Shown here: positions 51,310-60,587 of the stretch, one piece after another | Layout: every line of letters begins with the position of its first letter | How positions within the stretch are numbered: the stretch's first letter is position 1 | NCBI GenBank assembly: GCA_011364985.1 | Contig: RDOC01000002.1 | Location: 160,001 to 224,000 of the forward strand | Source: Candidatus Thorarchaeota archaeon | GTDB taxonomy: Archaea > Asgardarchaeota > Thorarchaeia > Thorarchaeales > Thorarchaeaceae | Reading direction: 5' to 3' | DNA: 64,000 nt | Translations under genes and position numbers: made by a program | The notes under the pieces: model-generated | The model's database searches: none | What the model saw: the letters and a program-made list of their open reading frames with translations, nothing else | Told to the model about the DNA's origin: nothing

Positions 51310-51667
51310 AGGAACCTCGCTAGTAAAGAGGGTGCAGCGGCCCACGATGTATCGTCTGTCCTTTCTCCAACAGGCATAATCGAAGCGTTTCTCGAAGCGG
51401 CACCCTCTGAGGCTCCACCACTCATCCTTAGAGCTGTTCCCGCCAGGGCCTGACTCGATTCGGATGTCTAAGGTGATCACAACAAACCTACGAATGTTGC
51501 TTCGCCCGTGACAGACTTCAGAGACCACTCGTCAACGTCCCGCAACGAAACCTGCTAGGGTCGGGGTTCAGCCTCCACGGTGTTACTGGCGCCACTATTG
51601 CCATGTGGTCGCAGCCGCGGCAAACGACCCGCCCTGCCCGCTGCGTTTTGCACTTTCCACGGTTCCC
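51310..51667 (-). ncRNA. ffs: Signal recognition particle RNA (7S)
   Basis: Terminal helix ggaacc/ggttcc; Alu hairpins with complementary loops TTGCC/GGCAA; helix-8-like TCAGGCCC-TGGC-GGGAACAGC. Confidence 0.85.
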
Positions 51668-51720
51668 CCTAAAAACGTTGTCAATTGTTTCTCTGATGGG
51701 AAAAGCCAATAGCCTAAAGC

Positions 51721-53517
51721 CTAGATGAAAGCCCCAGCTTCACGCCTAATCTGTGTGATTTCCTCTAAGACTTCTCTCTCGGGCGGTGTAATGTCTTCTA
51801 GGAACCTCTTCCTTATTGCCAGAATATGCTTGTCTGGAATATCCACATAAAGCATATCATCACTTTTTACTTGCCGACCTATAGTTGGGCCTCTGATAGA
51901 TACCGCTACTTCCATACCATCTGTGGCTTCTTCTATCACAACGTTCCTGTCTTGAATTTGGAGAATTGTACCAACGCGCTTTCCGTCCGCATTTATGACA
52001 CCAGTTCTTGGTTTGATGAGACCATGAACTTTAACGCCCACAATGGCTGGATTCTTCTGTCTGAATACATAATCTGGCATAAGCTCAAGCTTTCCTGGAC
52101 GAATAATAGAGCTCAACGAGTCTGCCTTTGCCTGTTCACGTTTTACAATTACCCAAGCGTTGTATTCATCATATAATCGGTAAATGACCTGATTGAGAAA
52201 GACCTCTACTCCATACTCAGCAGCCAAATCCTCAATATCAGGAGCAAACTTCACATTGAAACCGAGCACCACAGCATTTAGAGGGTCCTCGCCACCTGCC
52301 GCGCTTGCCTCAACTATATCCCGTTTTACGATTGGTCCAACATCAGCCACACGTACTGGTACTTTCCTATCTTGTAGAAATATGGTGACAGCCTCAAGAG
52401 AACCCAACGTATCCGTCTTCACAACGATACCTGAGGAGTCGCGCTGAATACGAATTGCATCGACTTCATCTTTCACTTTTTGTTTGATTGTTTCAAGCTG
52501 GTCCAAGTCTTGAACTGCATAGACCGGCGCACCTGCAACTGCTCCTTCTATATCTGGGGCTACTATCTTGACTCCCGCTGCAGCATGAACAACATCTACG
52601 GGAATGAATTTCTCCTTAGGGTCTCGAATTTCATCAAGTGCTCTTGGCTGGAGTAAAGCCCTAATCTTCGCAACAATAGTGTCGTCTAGCCCCCCTACAA
52701 CAATGGTGTCTGTTTTTCTTAGAATACCGTCATAGATGATCGTGTCTAGAGTTATTCCAAGACCAGTTTCTTCACGTACCTCCAAAATTGCTCCTTTTGC
52801 GGGCCCTTGGGAAACTGCTAATCTGTCTTTCATGTATTGCTGTGTCAGTCCCGATAACACCATCAGCAGTTCGGGTATACCTTCTCCAGTCTTTGCGCTG
52901 GTGGGTACTATCGCAACAGACTTCCTGAAATCCTTGACTCTATCGAAGCGTTCTGACTCATAACCATTGGCAGATAATGATCCTACAATTTCATAAATTC
53001 GTCTGTCTACTTCATTCTGAGTCGATGTTCCCTGTGATTTTATTGCCTGTATGAGTCCTACTCCCTGTTTCGTTCTCCAACCTGGTACCTTATCGAGCTT
53101 GTTTGCAGCTACGAGAAAAGGGGTTCGGCCTGATTGCAGTATCTTGAGCGATTCATAGGTCTGCGTGAGAGCTCCCTCATTCAAATCTACAACCAAAATT
53201 GCTATGTCTGCAATAGCTCCTCCACGTCGACGAAGGTTGAGATACGCCTCATGACCAGGTGTATCGATAAAGAGAAGTCCATCAATCGTCAATTCCGTTT
53301 TCACAGCTTTAAGCAAGTCGCCACAGATAGACTGGATTGTTTCGGTCGGAAAAAAGGAGGCGCCAATGTGCTGGGTTATTCCAGCAGCTTCTCTATCTTG
53401 AACTGCAGTACCTCGCATTTTGTCCAGAAGTGAGGTTTTACCATGATCAATATGCCCAAGCACAGTGACAATAGGAGAACGAAGTTTCAAGTCTTTCTTT
53501 GTTTCCATTTTGGACAT
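51721..53517 (-). CDS. infB: Translation initiation factor aIF5B (IF-2)
   Basis: LRSPIVTVLGHIDHGKT, GITQHIGA, DTPGH, NKLD. Confidence 0.98.
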   Translation of the reverse strand: MSKMETKKDLKLRSPIVTVLGHIDHGKTSLLDKMRGTAVQDREAAGITQHIGASFFPTETIQSICGDLLKAVKTELTIDGLLFIDTPGHEAYLNLRRRGGAIADIAILVVDLNEGALTQTYESLKILQSGRTPFLVAANKLDKVPGWRTKQGVGLIQAIKSQGTSTQNEVDRRIYEIVGSLSANGYESERFDRVKDFRKSVAIVPTSAKTGEGIPELLMVLSGLTQQYMKDRLAVSQGPAKGAILEVREETGLGITLDTIIYDGILRKTDTIVVGGLDDTIVAKIRALLQPRALDEIRDPKEKFIPVDVVHAAAGVKIVAPDIEGAVAGAPVYAVQDLDQLETIKQKVKDEVDAIRIQRDSSGIVVKTDTLGSLEAVTIFLQDRKVPVRVADVGPIVKRDIVEASAAGGEDPLNAVVLGFNVKFAPDIEDLAAEYGVEVFLNQVIYRLYDEYNAWVIVKREQAKADSLSSIIRPGKLELMPDYVFRQKNPAIVGVKVHGLIKPRTGVINADGKRVGTILQIQDRNVVIEEATDGMEVAVSIRGPTIGRQVKSDDMLYVDIPDKHILAIRKRFLEDITPPEREVLEEITQIRREAGAFI

Positions 53518-53683
53518 TTAGAGCACCTCACAAGTAGACTTATTCTCCGCCATCTAACCTATGTTTATCAAAGTGTCGCTAGTAGCTTCAGAATGTCGTG
53601 CAAAACTGACGGCATAAGTCACAAGGCTAAAATACTCAAGACATTCGGTCGCCGTCAAACAAGGACAATGACGTGGTGAAGCA

Positions 53684-54346
53684 ATGGAACAATCTCTTGT
53701 TATAATCAAACCAGATGGAACAATTAGAAGAGCAGTAGGCGCTCGAGTTCTAAAGGCGTTAATGGAAAGGGGATATCATGTTCAGGCCTTCAAAGAGATG
53801 AACGTATCTGATGAACTTGCCAAGAAGCATTATGCAATACACTCTGAGAAGTCATTTTTCCCTTGGCTTGTTCAGTTCATTACTTCAGCTAGAGTCTTGG
53901 CAATGGTGCTTGAAGCTGATTCTGTCATTGATGGCGTAAGAGAGGCGCTTGGCGCTACTTTCGTACAAAAAGCTTCTCCGGAATCACTTAGAGGAAAATA
54001 TGGTACTTGGGCCGGTGTCAATATTGCACACGCTTCTGATTCTCCTGAAACAGCTGTCACGGAAATTGAACTGTGGAAGACTGAAGGCGGTCTTCAAATA
54101 TCCAATCAGGCCGAAGCAGAGGCAAAGCAGTACATCAATAGATACTCTTCGAATGACTTCAATAATACTCTAGAAATTCGAGAAACCGTCAAAAAGGCAA
54201 TTGAGGAAGGCAATACTTCCCAGAATGTTCTGCTGACTCTTCAGAAACTATATGGGATGGACGCTGAAGGAGTTCCTGAGTCGGAGGTCGCCGCCCTTGC
54301 AAAGGCGGTATTCGACTTCATTATTGAAGAGGTTGAAAAGAAATAG
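53684..54346 (+). CDS. ndk: Nucleoside diphosphate kinase with C-terminal extension
   Basis: LVIIKPDG, SLRGKYG, NIAHASDS. Confidence 0.92.
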   Translation: MEQSLVIIKPDGTIRRAVGARVLKALMERGYHVQAFKEMNVSDELAKKHYAIHSEKSFFPWLVQFITSARVLAMVLEADSVIDGVREALGATFVQKASPESLRGKYGTWAGVNIAHASDSPETAVTEIELWKTEGGLQISNQAEAEAKQYINRYSSNDFNNTLEIRETVKKAIEEGNTSQNVLLTLQKLYGMDAEGVPESEVAALAKAVFDFIIEEVEKK

Positions 54347-54353
54347 AATGAAT

Positions 54354-54373
54354 GGTGGCAGGCCGGTGCCACC
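54354..54373. terminator. Hairpin between convergent ndk and rpl24e
   Basis: ggtggca-ggccgg-tgccacc followed by tttt. Confidence 0.55.
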
Positions 54374-54402
54374 TTTTCATCAGTCCTTCAACTTCTGTAG
54401 TA

Positions 54403-54603
54403 CTAACGCTTAGTCTTTCCACCTTTTTCGAAGCCTGTAGTCCACTTCGTGTCCCTTGGCTTCATTCGGCGCTTCAGCCTAGCAGTTTTGCACTTGTTAG
54501 AGCAGAACCATAGGACTGCTCCATCCTTGGTCTGCACGTAGGCTAATCCTGTTCCCGGCTCAATGTCCTTTCCACAGAACACGCATTTCTGAGTACCCAC
54601 CAA
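54403..54603 (-). CDS. rpl24e: 50S ribosomal protein L24e
   Basis: CVFCGKDIEPGTG, FCSNKC, KWT. Confidence 0.96.
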   Translation of the reverse strand: MVGTQKCVFCGKDIEPGTGLAYVQTKDGAVLWFCSNKCKTARLKRRMKPRDTKWTTGFEKGGKTKR

Positions 54604-54607
54604 TAGA

Positions 54608-54838
54608 CTATCGCCTCCTCATTTTGCGTGCTTCGCGTTCAGTTTCTCTGAGAATCAGAATATCCCCCATTCTAACTGGTCCTTTTACATTGCGCGTTAA
54701 GACACGGCCCTTATCCCTGCCATCAAGTATTTTGACACGCACTTGAGTGATTTCTCCTGTGACGCCAGTACGTCCTAGAAGCTGAATCACCTCGGCAGGA
54801 ATTGATGGGGTTTCAACTTCATCTTCTTTCTTACTCAT
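54608..54838 (-). CDS. rps28e: 30S ribosomal protein S28e
   Basis: [23 protein letters not shown]. Confidence 0.97.
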   Translation of the reverse strand: MSKKEDEVETPSIPAEVIQLLGRTGVTGEITQVRVKILDGRDKGRVLTRNVKGPVRMGDILILRETEREARKMRRR

Positions 54839-54860
54839 TAGAAGCCATCACCTGAGAGTA

Positions 54861-55232
54861 TTACTTCCGCAGGGCATTGACCTTGCTAACAATATCATCA
54901 ACAAGATCCTTTGCTTTCCCCTCAACAATGATTGCAACCGCTGCAGTCGGTCTTTCGATACCAGCAGCTGCTCCAAGGTTCTTCTTGCTAGACACAAAGA
55001 TGTATGGGGCTTTCCTATCATCACATAGCCCTGGAAGGTACATTATTACCTCTTGAGGCTCTACGTCTTCAGCGATAATCACAAGACGAGCAATTCCACG
55101 TTCAATGCTCTTTGTGGTTTCGTTAATTCCTTTCTTGATACGACCTGTATCTTTTGCTACCTCTAATGCTTCAAGAGACTTCTTCTGAAGCTCCTCGGTA
55201 GGTTCCCATTCGATAAATGAAGGCTTTGGCAT
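54861..55232 (-). CDS. rpl7ae: 50S ribosomal protein L7Ae
   Basis: IKKGINETTKSIERG, IAEDVEP, LGAAAGI. Confidence 0.97.
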   Translation of the reverse strand: MPKPSFIEWEPTEELQKKSLEALEVAKDTGRIKKGINETTKSIERGIARLVIIAEDVEPQEVIMYLPGLCDDRKAPYIFVSSKKNLGAAAGIERPTAAVAIIVEGKAKDLVDDIVSKVNALRK

Positions 55233-55239
55233 AAATAAC

Positions 55240-55263
55240 ACCTCAGTTATTCACATCATTGGT
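55240..55263 (-). promoter_or_regulatory. K-turn/K-loop in the rpl7ae 5' UTR overlapping the SD
   Basis: ACC-AAT-GAT-GTGAATAA-CTGA-GGT: C/D-like boxes closed by an ACC/GGT stem; includes GAGGT. Confidence 0.7.
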
Positions 55264-55365
55264 ATGAAATTTCTAACCATTACACACAGACACATGTGTT
55301 TCTTGCGCCCAATCTCCTATTTCTTTTAAAATTGTCGAAGTGTCAATGGATATGGAAATTATAAG

Positions 55366-56358
55366 CTAGTATCCAAGATCATCCAAGGCCTTGATGAGCT
55401 CAATATCTTCTATTCCCAAATAATCTAGAACCGAGTATCGGTCTCTATTTCGCATAATGTCTAGTCCATGATGGATGTGTTGAATGAATTGGTTCTGAGG
55501 CATTTCCAGATCCTTCAGGCTATGTGGCATTTGCCTGTCAACAAGGAATTGATGGATTGTTCTCGCATCATGGTCGCTATAACCTGCCTTGGTCAGAAAA
55601 TACAGACACAGAGGCGTGGTAAAGGCAACTTGCAGACCATGGAGTTCATTGCAATCTCGGTCCATTGCATGTGATATCGCATGCTCTGTACCGGAACACG
55701 GCCGTGAGCTGCCAAATACGCTCATGGCTCTTCCTGCATCAATAAGTGCTCTAATGAGTGTTTGGAGGCTCTGTTCTTTTAGTACAGACTCTAATGCAGA
55801 TCTAACAAGGCTGTAGGCTCTTCTGTCAAAGGGTTCCTCATGTTCCTTATGAGCAAGTTCCCACTCAGCCAGACTAGATGCTTTGCAAACAATGTCTCCA
55901 AGTCCTGCAAGCCTAAGTCTTGGCGGAGCTTTCTCTATTATGGAAAGGTCAGCGATAATTCCGACAGGACTCTTGCATCTCTCAGAATATCGATATTCAT
56001 TATGACTCACAGAAGCCACGTTGCTGGCAATTCCGTCATGAGATGCCGCTGTTGGAACTGCAATCCAATCAAGTCCTGTGTCTCTAGCCAAGAGCTTTGC
56101 AGTGTCCAAGCTTCGACCTCCACCGAACCCCAGAATGATGTCTTTTCCTGTCATCTTGGACATCTTCCCCGCTTCATATTCTGAAACGAGTAGCCAAGTC
56201 TGTTCTGATCCTACGAGAAGCTCCACCGTTGACTGATACTCGTGTAGAAGCGTTTTGTCTGTGACAAAGACAGGCTGTCTGTAATCTTCCAAAAAGTCAT
56301 CTACTTTGCTTAGTGCTCCTTTTGTTATTACAATGAATCGGGGGTCTGCATTTGACAT
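55366..56358 (-). CDS. egsA: sn-glycerol-1-phosphate dehydrogenase
   Basis: GFGGGRSLDTAK, PTAASHDGIAS, SSRPCSGTEHAISHA, LHGLQV. Confidence 0.92.
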   Translation of the reverse strand: MSNADPRFIVITKGALSKVDDFLEDYRQPVFVTDKTLLHEYQSTVELLVGSEQTWLLVSEYEAGKMSKMTGKDIILGFGGGRSLDTAKLLARDTGLDWIAVPTAASHDGIASNVASVSHNEYRYSERCKSPVGIIADLSIIEKAPPRLRLAGLGDIVCKASSLAEWELAHKEHEEPFDRRAYSLVRSALESVLKEQSLQTLIRALIDAGRAMSVFGSSRPCSGTEHAISHAMDRDCNELHGLQVAFTTPLCLYFLTKAGYSDHDARTIHQFLVDRQMPHSLKDLEMPQNQFIQHIHHGLDIMRNRDRYSVLDYLGIEDIELIKALDDLGY

Positions 56359-56582
56359 TTGACAAGCTCCTCGGTTTCGAAGGGTCACTTAAGCGGTATG
56401 CTTTGCCATCACAGATGACTGTTAAGCTCTTCTATGACGCGCCTTTCAGGTGTTTTTCTCAGCAACCTTAAGTATAGGACGGGACGGCTTTTGCGATTAT
56501 CAGTCAGTGTTACGTGGAAAACACATTAGCTATTATGTTTCTCATCCAGCACGAATATGACGAACCATTTGAGGTTCAAAAC

Positions 56583-57080
56583 ATGACTCGATACTTGAAG
56601 GTCGCCCTCATGGGCTCAGGATATGCGGGCAAGTCCACGTTGATTAGGTTGCTGACTGATAAGACTGAGAAACTACAGGTGAATTATCAGCCCACTGCCG
56701 GAATGGACTGTGGTACAATCACTCTTGATGGATCCACCAAAGTGTCGCTAGTAGAAATGGGCGGCCAATCCCATTTCGAGTTCATGTGGGCAGACCTGAT
56801 GAAGGGTAGTAGGATGGTCGTTGTTGTTACCGAGAGCAATCCCAAGGCAGTCCTAAAGACACGTCAGCTATTACAAAAATACAAGAAAGATATTGATGGC
56901 ATACAGATAATTGCAATTGCCAACAAACAGGATCTTCCTGGTTCAATGAAGCCTGAGAGCGTTCAAGACCTATTGGGGGTCCCAACCTACGGCATGGTCG
57001 CTATTGATCCAAAACAGCGATTGAATGGATATAAGCTCATTCTAAACGGTCTCAAGGACTTGATTCAAGTAGCAGCATAG
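56583..57080 (+). CDS. Small Arf-like GTPase
   Basis: GSGYAGKS, PTAG, EMGGQ, ANKQDL. Confidence 0.88.
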   Translation: MTRYLKVALMGSGYAGKSTLIRLLTDKTEKLQVNYQPTAGMDCGTITLDGSTKVSLVEMGGQSHFEFMWADLMKGSRMVVVVTESNPKAVLKTRQLLQKYKKDIDGIQIIAIANKQDLPGSMKPESVQDLLGVPTYGMVAIDPKQRLNGYKLILNGLKDLIQVAA

Positions 57081-57252
57081 ATGAATCTTGCAATTGAATT
57101 TTTTCGGTATAAAAGACAACGCTTTTATACAGACATACTTTTGAGCAAGTTGCCCAGGGCACGGGCGACTGAGCCACACGACATACTTGTTCTGTAGCGA
57201 GTCCGTCCGGGATAATGTGTTTTGGGTGAATACCCCACGGTCAGGTGAGCCA

Positions 57253-58053
57253 ATGGAGATCACTATTATTCACAGGCAGGATGATGTTATTCACTTTCTA
57301 GCTGAAGGCATCAATGTCTCATTTGCCAATGCTCTTCGCAGGACTATGCTTACGAGAGTTCCTGCAATGGCAATTGATGAGGTACTGGTTCTTGAGAATA
57401 CAAGTGTAATGTATGATGAAATTCTTGCCCATAGAATGGGGCTAGTGCCTCTGGTTACTGACCTAGAGAGCTACAATCTTCCTCAAGATTGCGATTGTGA
57501 AGGGAAAGGGTGTAGTCTTTGTCAATGCACACTTACCTTGGAGAAAGAAGCTGGCAGTGAGGAAGTGGTGGTTTATTCTGGTGATCTTACATCCCAAGAT
57601 CCGAAAGTCACAGTTGCATCAGACAAGATACCGTTGGTGAAACTTGCTCAGAATCAGCGACTAATCATTGAAGCCTATGCTCGCTTGGGCACTGGCCTTG
57701 AAAACGCCAAGTTTCAGCCAGTATCTACGGTCTCGTATAAGTACGTCCCAATTGTTGAAGTTGAGGAATCCAAGTGCACCAAATGCGAAGCCTGTGTAGA
57801 GGTATGTCCAAAGAAGATCTTCAAAATCAATGGTGATGTTATAACAACCCAGAGTACTCTTGATTGTAGTATGTGTGAAATATGCGTTCAGGAGTGTGAG
57901 CCTGGCGCCATAACAATCGGGTCAAAGAATGATGCTTTTCTCTTTAAGGTCGAGTCTACAGGGGCTTTGAGCCCTGAAACAATCGTTGAGAAGGCAAGCG
58001 AGATTCTGAAGGAAAGAGTCCGTGTGGCCCTTGACTTTGCAGGTACATTGTGA
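57253..58053 (+). CDS. rpoD: RNA polymerase subunit D with ferredoxin-like insert
   Basis: ANALRR, DEILAHRMGLVP, CTKCEACVEVCP, CSMCEICVQEC. Confidence 0.97.
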   Translation: MEITIIHRQDDVIHFLAEGINVSFANALRRTMLTRVPAMAIDEVLVLENTSVMYDEILAHRMGLVPLVTDLESYNLPQDCDCEGKGCSLCQCTLTLEKEAGSEEVVVYSGDLTSQDPKVTVASDKIPLVKLAQNQRLIIEAYARLGTGLENAKFQPVSTVSYKYVPIVEVEESKCTKCEACVEVCPKKIFKINGDVITTQSTLDCSMCEICVQECEPGAITIGSKNDAFLFKVESTGALSPETIVEKASEILKERVRVALDFAGTL

Positions 58054-58064
58054 GGTGAGCTGAG

Positions 58065-58427
58065 ATGATAAAAACGGGGAGTACTGATCCCAACACACGC
58101 GCACTGATTAATGCACTTCATAGAACATCGATAAAGCACGATGCGAGTATTTGGAAGAGAGTTGCGGAACTAGTTGCTAGACCCGCAAAGAAACGCTGTA
58201 TAGTAAATGTTGGGAAAATCGAACGCCATACGCGTCCTGGTGACATAGTTGTCATTCCCGGGAAGGTATTGGGTTCTGGAAGTCTTTCTCACAAAGTGAC
58301 AGTTGCTGCTCTGAACGCTTCAACCTCTGCACGTTCGGTAATAGTTGATGCTGGCGGATCGCTAATCACGATTCCTGAGTTATTAAAGCAGAGCCCAAAG
58401 GGCAAAGGAGTCACAATAATAATATAG
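58065..58427 (+). CDS. rpl18e: 50S ribosomal protein L18e
   Basis: IWKRVAE, VNVGKI, PGKVLGSG. Confidence 0.96.
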   Translation: MIKTGSTDPNTRALINALHRTSIKHDASIWKRVAELVARPAKKRCIVNVGKIERHTRPGDIVVIPGKVLGSGSLSHKVTVAALNASTSARSVIVDAGGSLITIPELLKQSPKGKGVTIII

Positions 58428-58436
58428 GTGATATCA

Positions 58437-58889
58437 ATGGGCGATCAAGAAATCAAGGTTTACGATGCTGAGAACATAGTCCTTGGACGATTGGCTTCTA
58501 AGGTCGCTAAAGCTGCTCTGCTTGGCGAATATATTGTGATTGTCAATGTCGAAAAGGCAATCATTACTGGGGACAAACATACTGTAATCAAAGCCTTCAA
58601 ACAGAAGCACAACATTCGCACCTCATACAATCCTCGAAAAGGACCTTTTCATGAGCGCCGACCGGACAAAATGGTCCGCAAAATGATAAGAGGGATGCTG
58701 CCTTGGCCAAAGCCTCGAGGAAAGGAGGCATATAAACGCATTCAGGTCTTCATTGGAGTTCCCACCAAGTTCACGGATTCAGAGAAGATTGTACTCGAAG
58801 CTTCGAAGTATCATAGTCTTAAACAAAAGTACATCACCATCCAAGACTTGAGTCACGAGCTTGGATGGAGAAACCCGGAGGTTGCATAA
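58437..58889 (+). CDS. rpl13: 50S ribosomal protein L13
   Basis: LGRLASKVAK, GPFHERRP, RGMLP. Confidence 0.97.
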   Translation: MGDQEIKVYDAENIVLGRLASKVAKAALLGEYIVIVNVEKAIITGDKHTVIKAFKQKHNIRTSYNPRKGPFHERRPDKMVRKMIRGMLPWPKPRGKEAYKRIQVFIGVPTKFTDSEKIVLEASKYHSLKQKYITIQDLSHELGWRNPEVA

Positions 58890-58890
58890 A

Positions 58891-59295
58891 GTGGCTGTAA
58901 AAGTAGTTGTTACCACTGGAAAGCGAAAGACCTCTTTAGCAAAGGCCACAATAAAAAATGGCAGTGGCAGAATTCGTATCAATGGTCGTCCTCTTGAGGT
59001 CTATCAGCCGGAGATTGCCAAGATGCGCATAATGGAACCCCTTATCATCTTCGGTGATGATTGGAAGAGATATGACATCAAAGTACGTGTCAGCGGAGGC
59101 GGATTCATGAGCCAAGCTGATGCTGTGAGAATGTCCATAGCAACGAGTCTATTTCGCATAAGCCAAGACTTCGAAGCGCGTTCTAGGATGCTGGAGCATG
59201 ACCGTACCATGCTTGTGGGCGACCCGCGACGTACTGAGCCAAAGAAATTCGGAGGGCCATCAGCACGTTCTCGCTACCAGAAATCATACAGGTGA
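58891..59295 (+). CDS. rps9: 30S ribosomal protein S9
   Basis: GKRKTS, GGGFMSQA, KKFGGPSARSRYQKSYR; GTG start inferred. Confidence 0.97.
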   Translation: MAVKVVVTTGKRKTSLAKATIKNGSGRIRINGRPLEVYQPEIAKMRIMEPLIIFGDDWKRYDIKVRVSGGGFMSQADAVRMSIATSLFRISQDFEARSRMLEHDRTMLVGDPRRTEPKKFGGPSARSRYQKSYR

Positions 59296-59304
59296 TGCAA
59301 TGAA

Positions 59305-59523
59305 ATGATAATTCCAGTACGCTGTTTCACATGCGGAAAAGTAGTTGCCGACAAATTCGAGCAATTCAAGCGACAAGTACGTCAACAGGAGGATCCAGCA
59401 GAGGTTCTAGATAATCTTGGATTAGACCGGTATTGCTGCAGGAGGATGCTCTTGGCACATATCGACATTATTGACAGCTTTATGGCCTTTGCCACGACGG
59501 AAGTTGCGGAGGGTACTCAATGA
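59305..59523 (+). CDS. rpoN: RNA polymerase subunit N
   Basis: [21 protein letters not shown]. Confidence 0.98.
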   Translation: MIIPVRCFTCGKVVADKFEQFKRQVRQQEDPAEVLDNLGLDRYCCRRMLLAHIDIIDSFMAFATTEVAEGTQ

Positions 59524-60164
59524 TGAGCGAGACAGAGATTCCAGAAACAGAACCAGAACTGCTAATTGCAATGGACAAGTATCTTGCTGCTGGATGTCAT
59601 ATCGGAACCCAAGTCAAAACTCAAGATATGGACCCCTTTGTCTACCGACAACGTCCAATTGGTCTTTATGTCCTAGACGTCCGAAAGACTGATGAGAGAA
59701 TTCGTGCGGCTGCAAAATTCATTGCAAGATTCGAGTCGTCAAAGATAGCAATTGTTTCTGGGCGTGTTTATGGAAAGCGTCCCGTAGAAACCTTCAGTCA
59801 CTACATTGGTGCAACCCCCTTCACAGAACGCTTTGTGCCTGGAACTTTTACAAATCCAAACATTGCTGGGCCAAGAACCTATGTTGAGCCAGACTTGGTA
59901 CTCCTAACAGACCCGCGTACTGACCAGCAGGCACTTGCCGAAGCGGCTAGAATTGGCATTCCAGTCATCGCCTTGTGTGACACTGACAATCAGACCACAA
60001 ACGTGGACTTCGTAATTCCATCAAACAATCGTGGCCGAAAGGCTCTCGCACTTATTTACTTCCTACTTACGAGGCAAGTCCTGAGGGAGCGAGGAGCAAT
60101 TCCGGAAGATGCGGAACCGGTCTTCACACCAGAGGACTTCGAACCCCAGATTCAGCGGTTCTGA
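59520..60164 (+). CDS. rps2: 30S ribosomal protein S2
   Basis: [31 protein letters not shown]. Confidence 0.97.
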   Translation: MMSETEIPETEPELLIAMDKYLAAGCHIGTQVKTQDMDPFVYRQRPIGLYVLDVRKTDERIRAAAKFIARFESSKIAIVSGRVYGKRPVETFSHYIGATPFTERFVPGTFTNPNIAGPRTYVEPDLVLLTDPRTDQQALAEAARIGIPVIALCDTDNQTTNVDFVIPSNNRGRKALALIYFLLTRQVLRERGAIPEDAEPVFTPEDFEPQIQRF

Positions 60165-60191
60165 GGGCAAACCCCCTCAGACTCATCTGAA

Positions 60192-60587
60192 CTACTTCTC
60201 AACCATAATTATGCCACGGTCCGCATCGACCTTGACTTTCCGTCCTGCTTCTATCTTATCGATATCGATTTTGTCAACGGTAGGTATCTCAGAAATAATA
60301 CTTCCTACTGCTATTACAGGGTCTGTTTCCTTGTTTATTATGGCAATTGGTGCTTTGTCAGCTTTTTTCAAGGCATAAAGGACGTAGGATCCCACTGTGG
60401 AGCCTTTTCCGCTAGGCATCACCAATACCTTACCGGAAACCGATTTTCCCTCTAGCGGATGGTCTTTCTCCACAACTTCACCAGTTTCCGGATCAACACC
60501 CCCATAGAAACTGATATCCACTCGTGTGACCAGAGTTTCTCCCTCTGCCATGCCCTTGTAGATTCTTCGTCCCTGCAGTTCTATCAT
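60192..60587 (-). CDS. Phosphomevalonate dehydratase small subunit (aconitase X swivel, DUF126)
   Basis: ISFYGGVDPETG, GKGSTVGSYVLY. Confidence 0.9.
   Translation of the reverse strand: MIELQGRRIYKGMAEGETLVTRVDISFYGGVDPETGEVVEKDHPLEGKSVSGKVLVMPSGKGSTVGSYVLYALKKADKAPIAIINKETDPVIAVGSIISEIPTVDKIDIDKIEAGRKVKVDADRGIIMVEK

Noticed and set aside
51040-51709. ORFs 51040-51528, 51208-51453 and 51518-51709
   Set aside because: They overlap the GC-rich SRP RNA and have no protein motifs.
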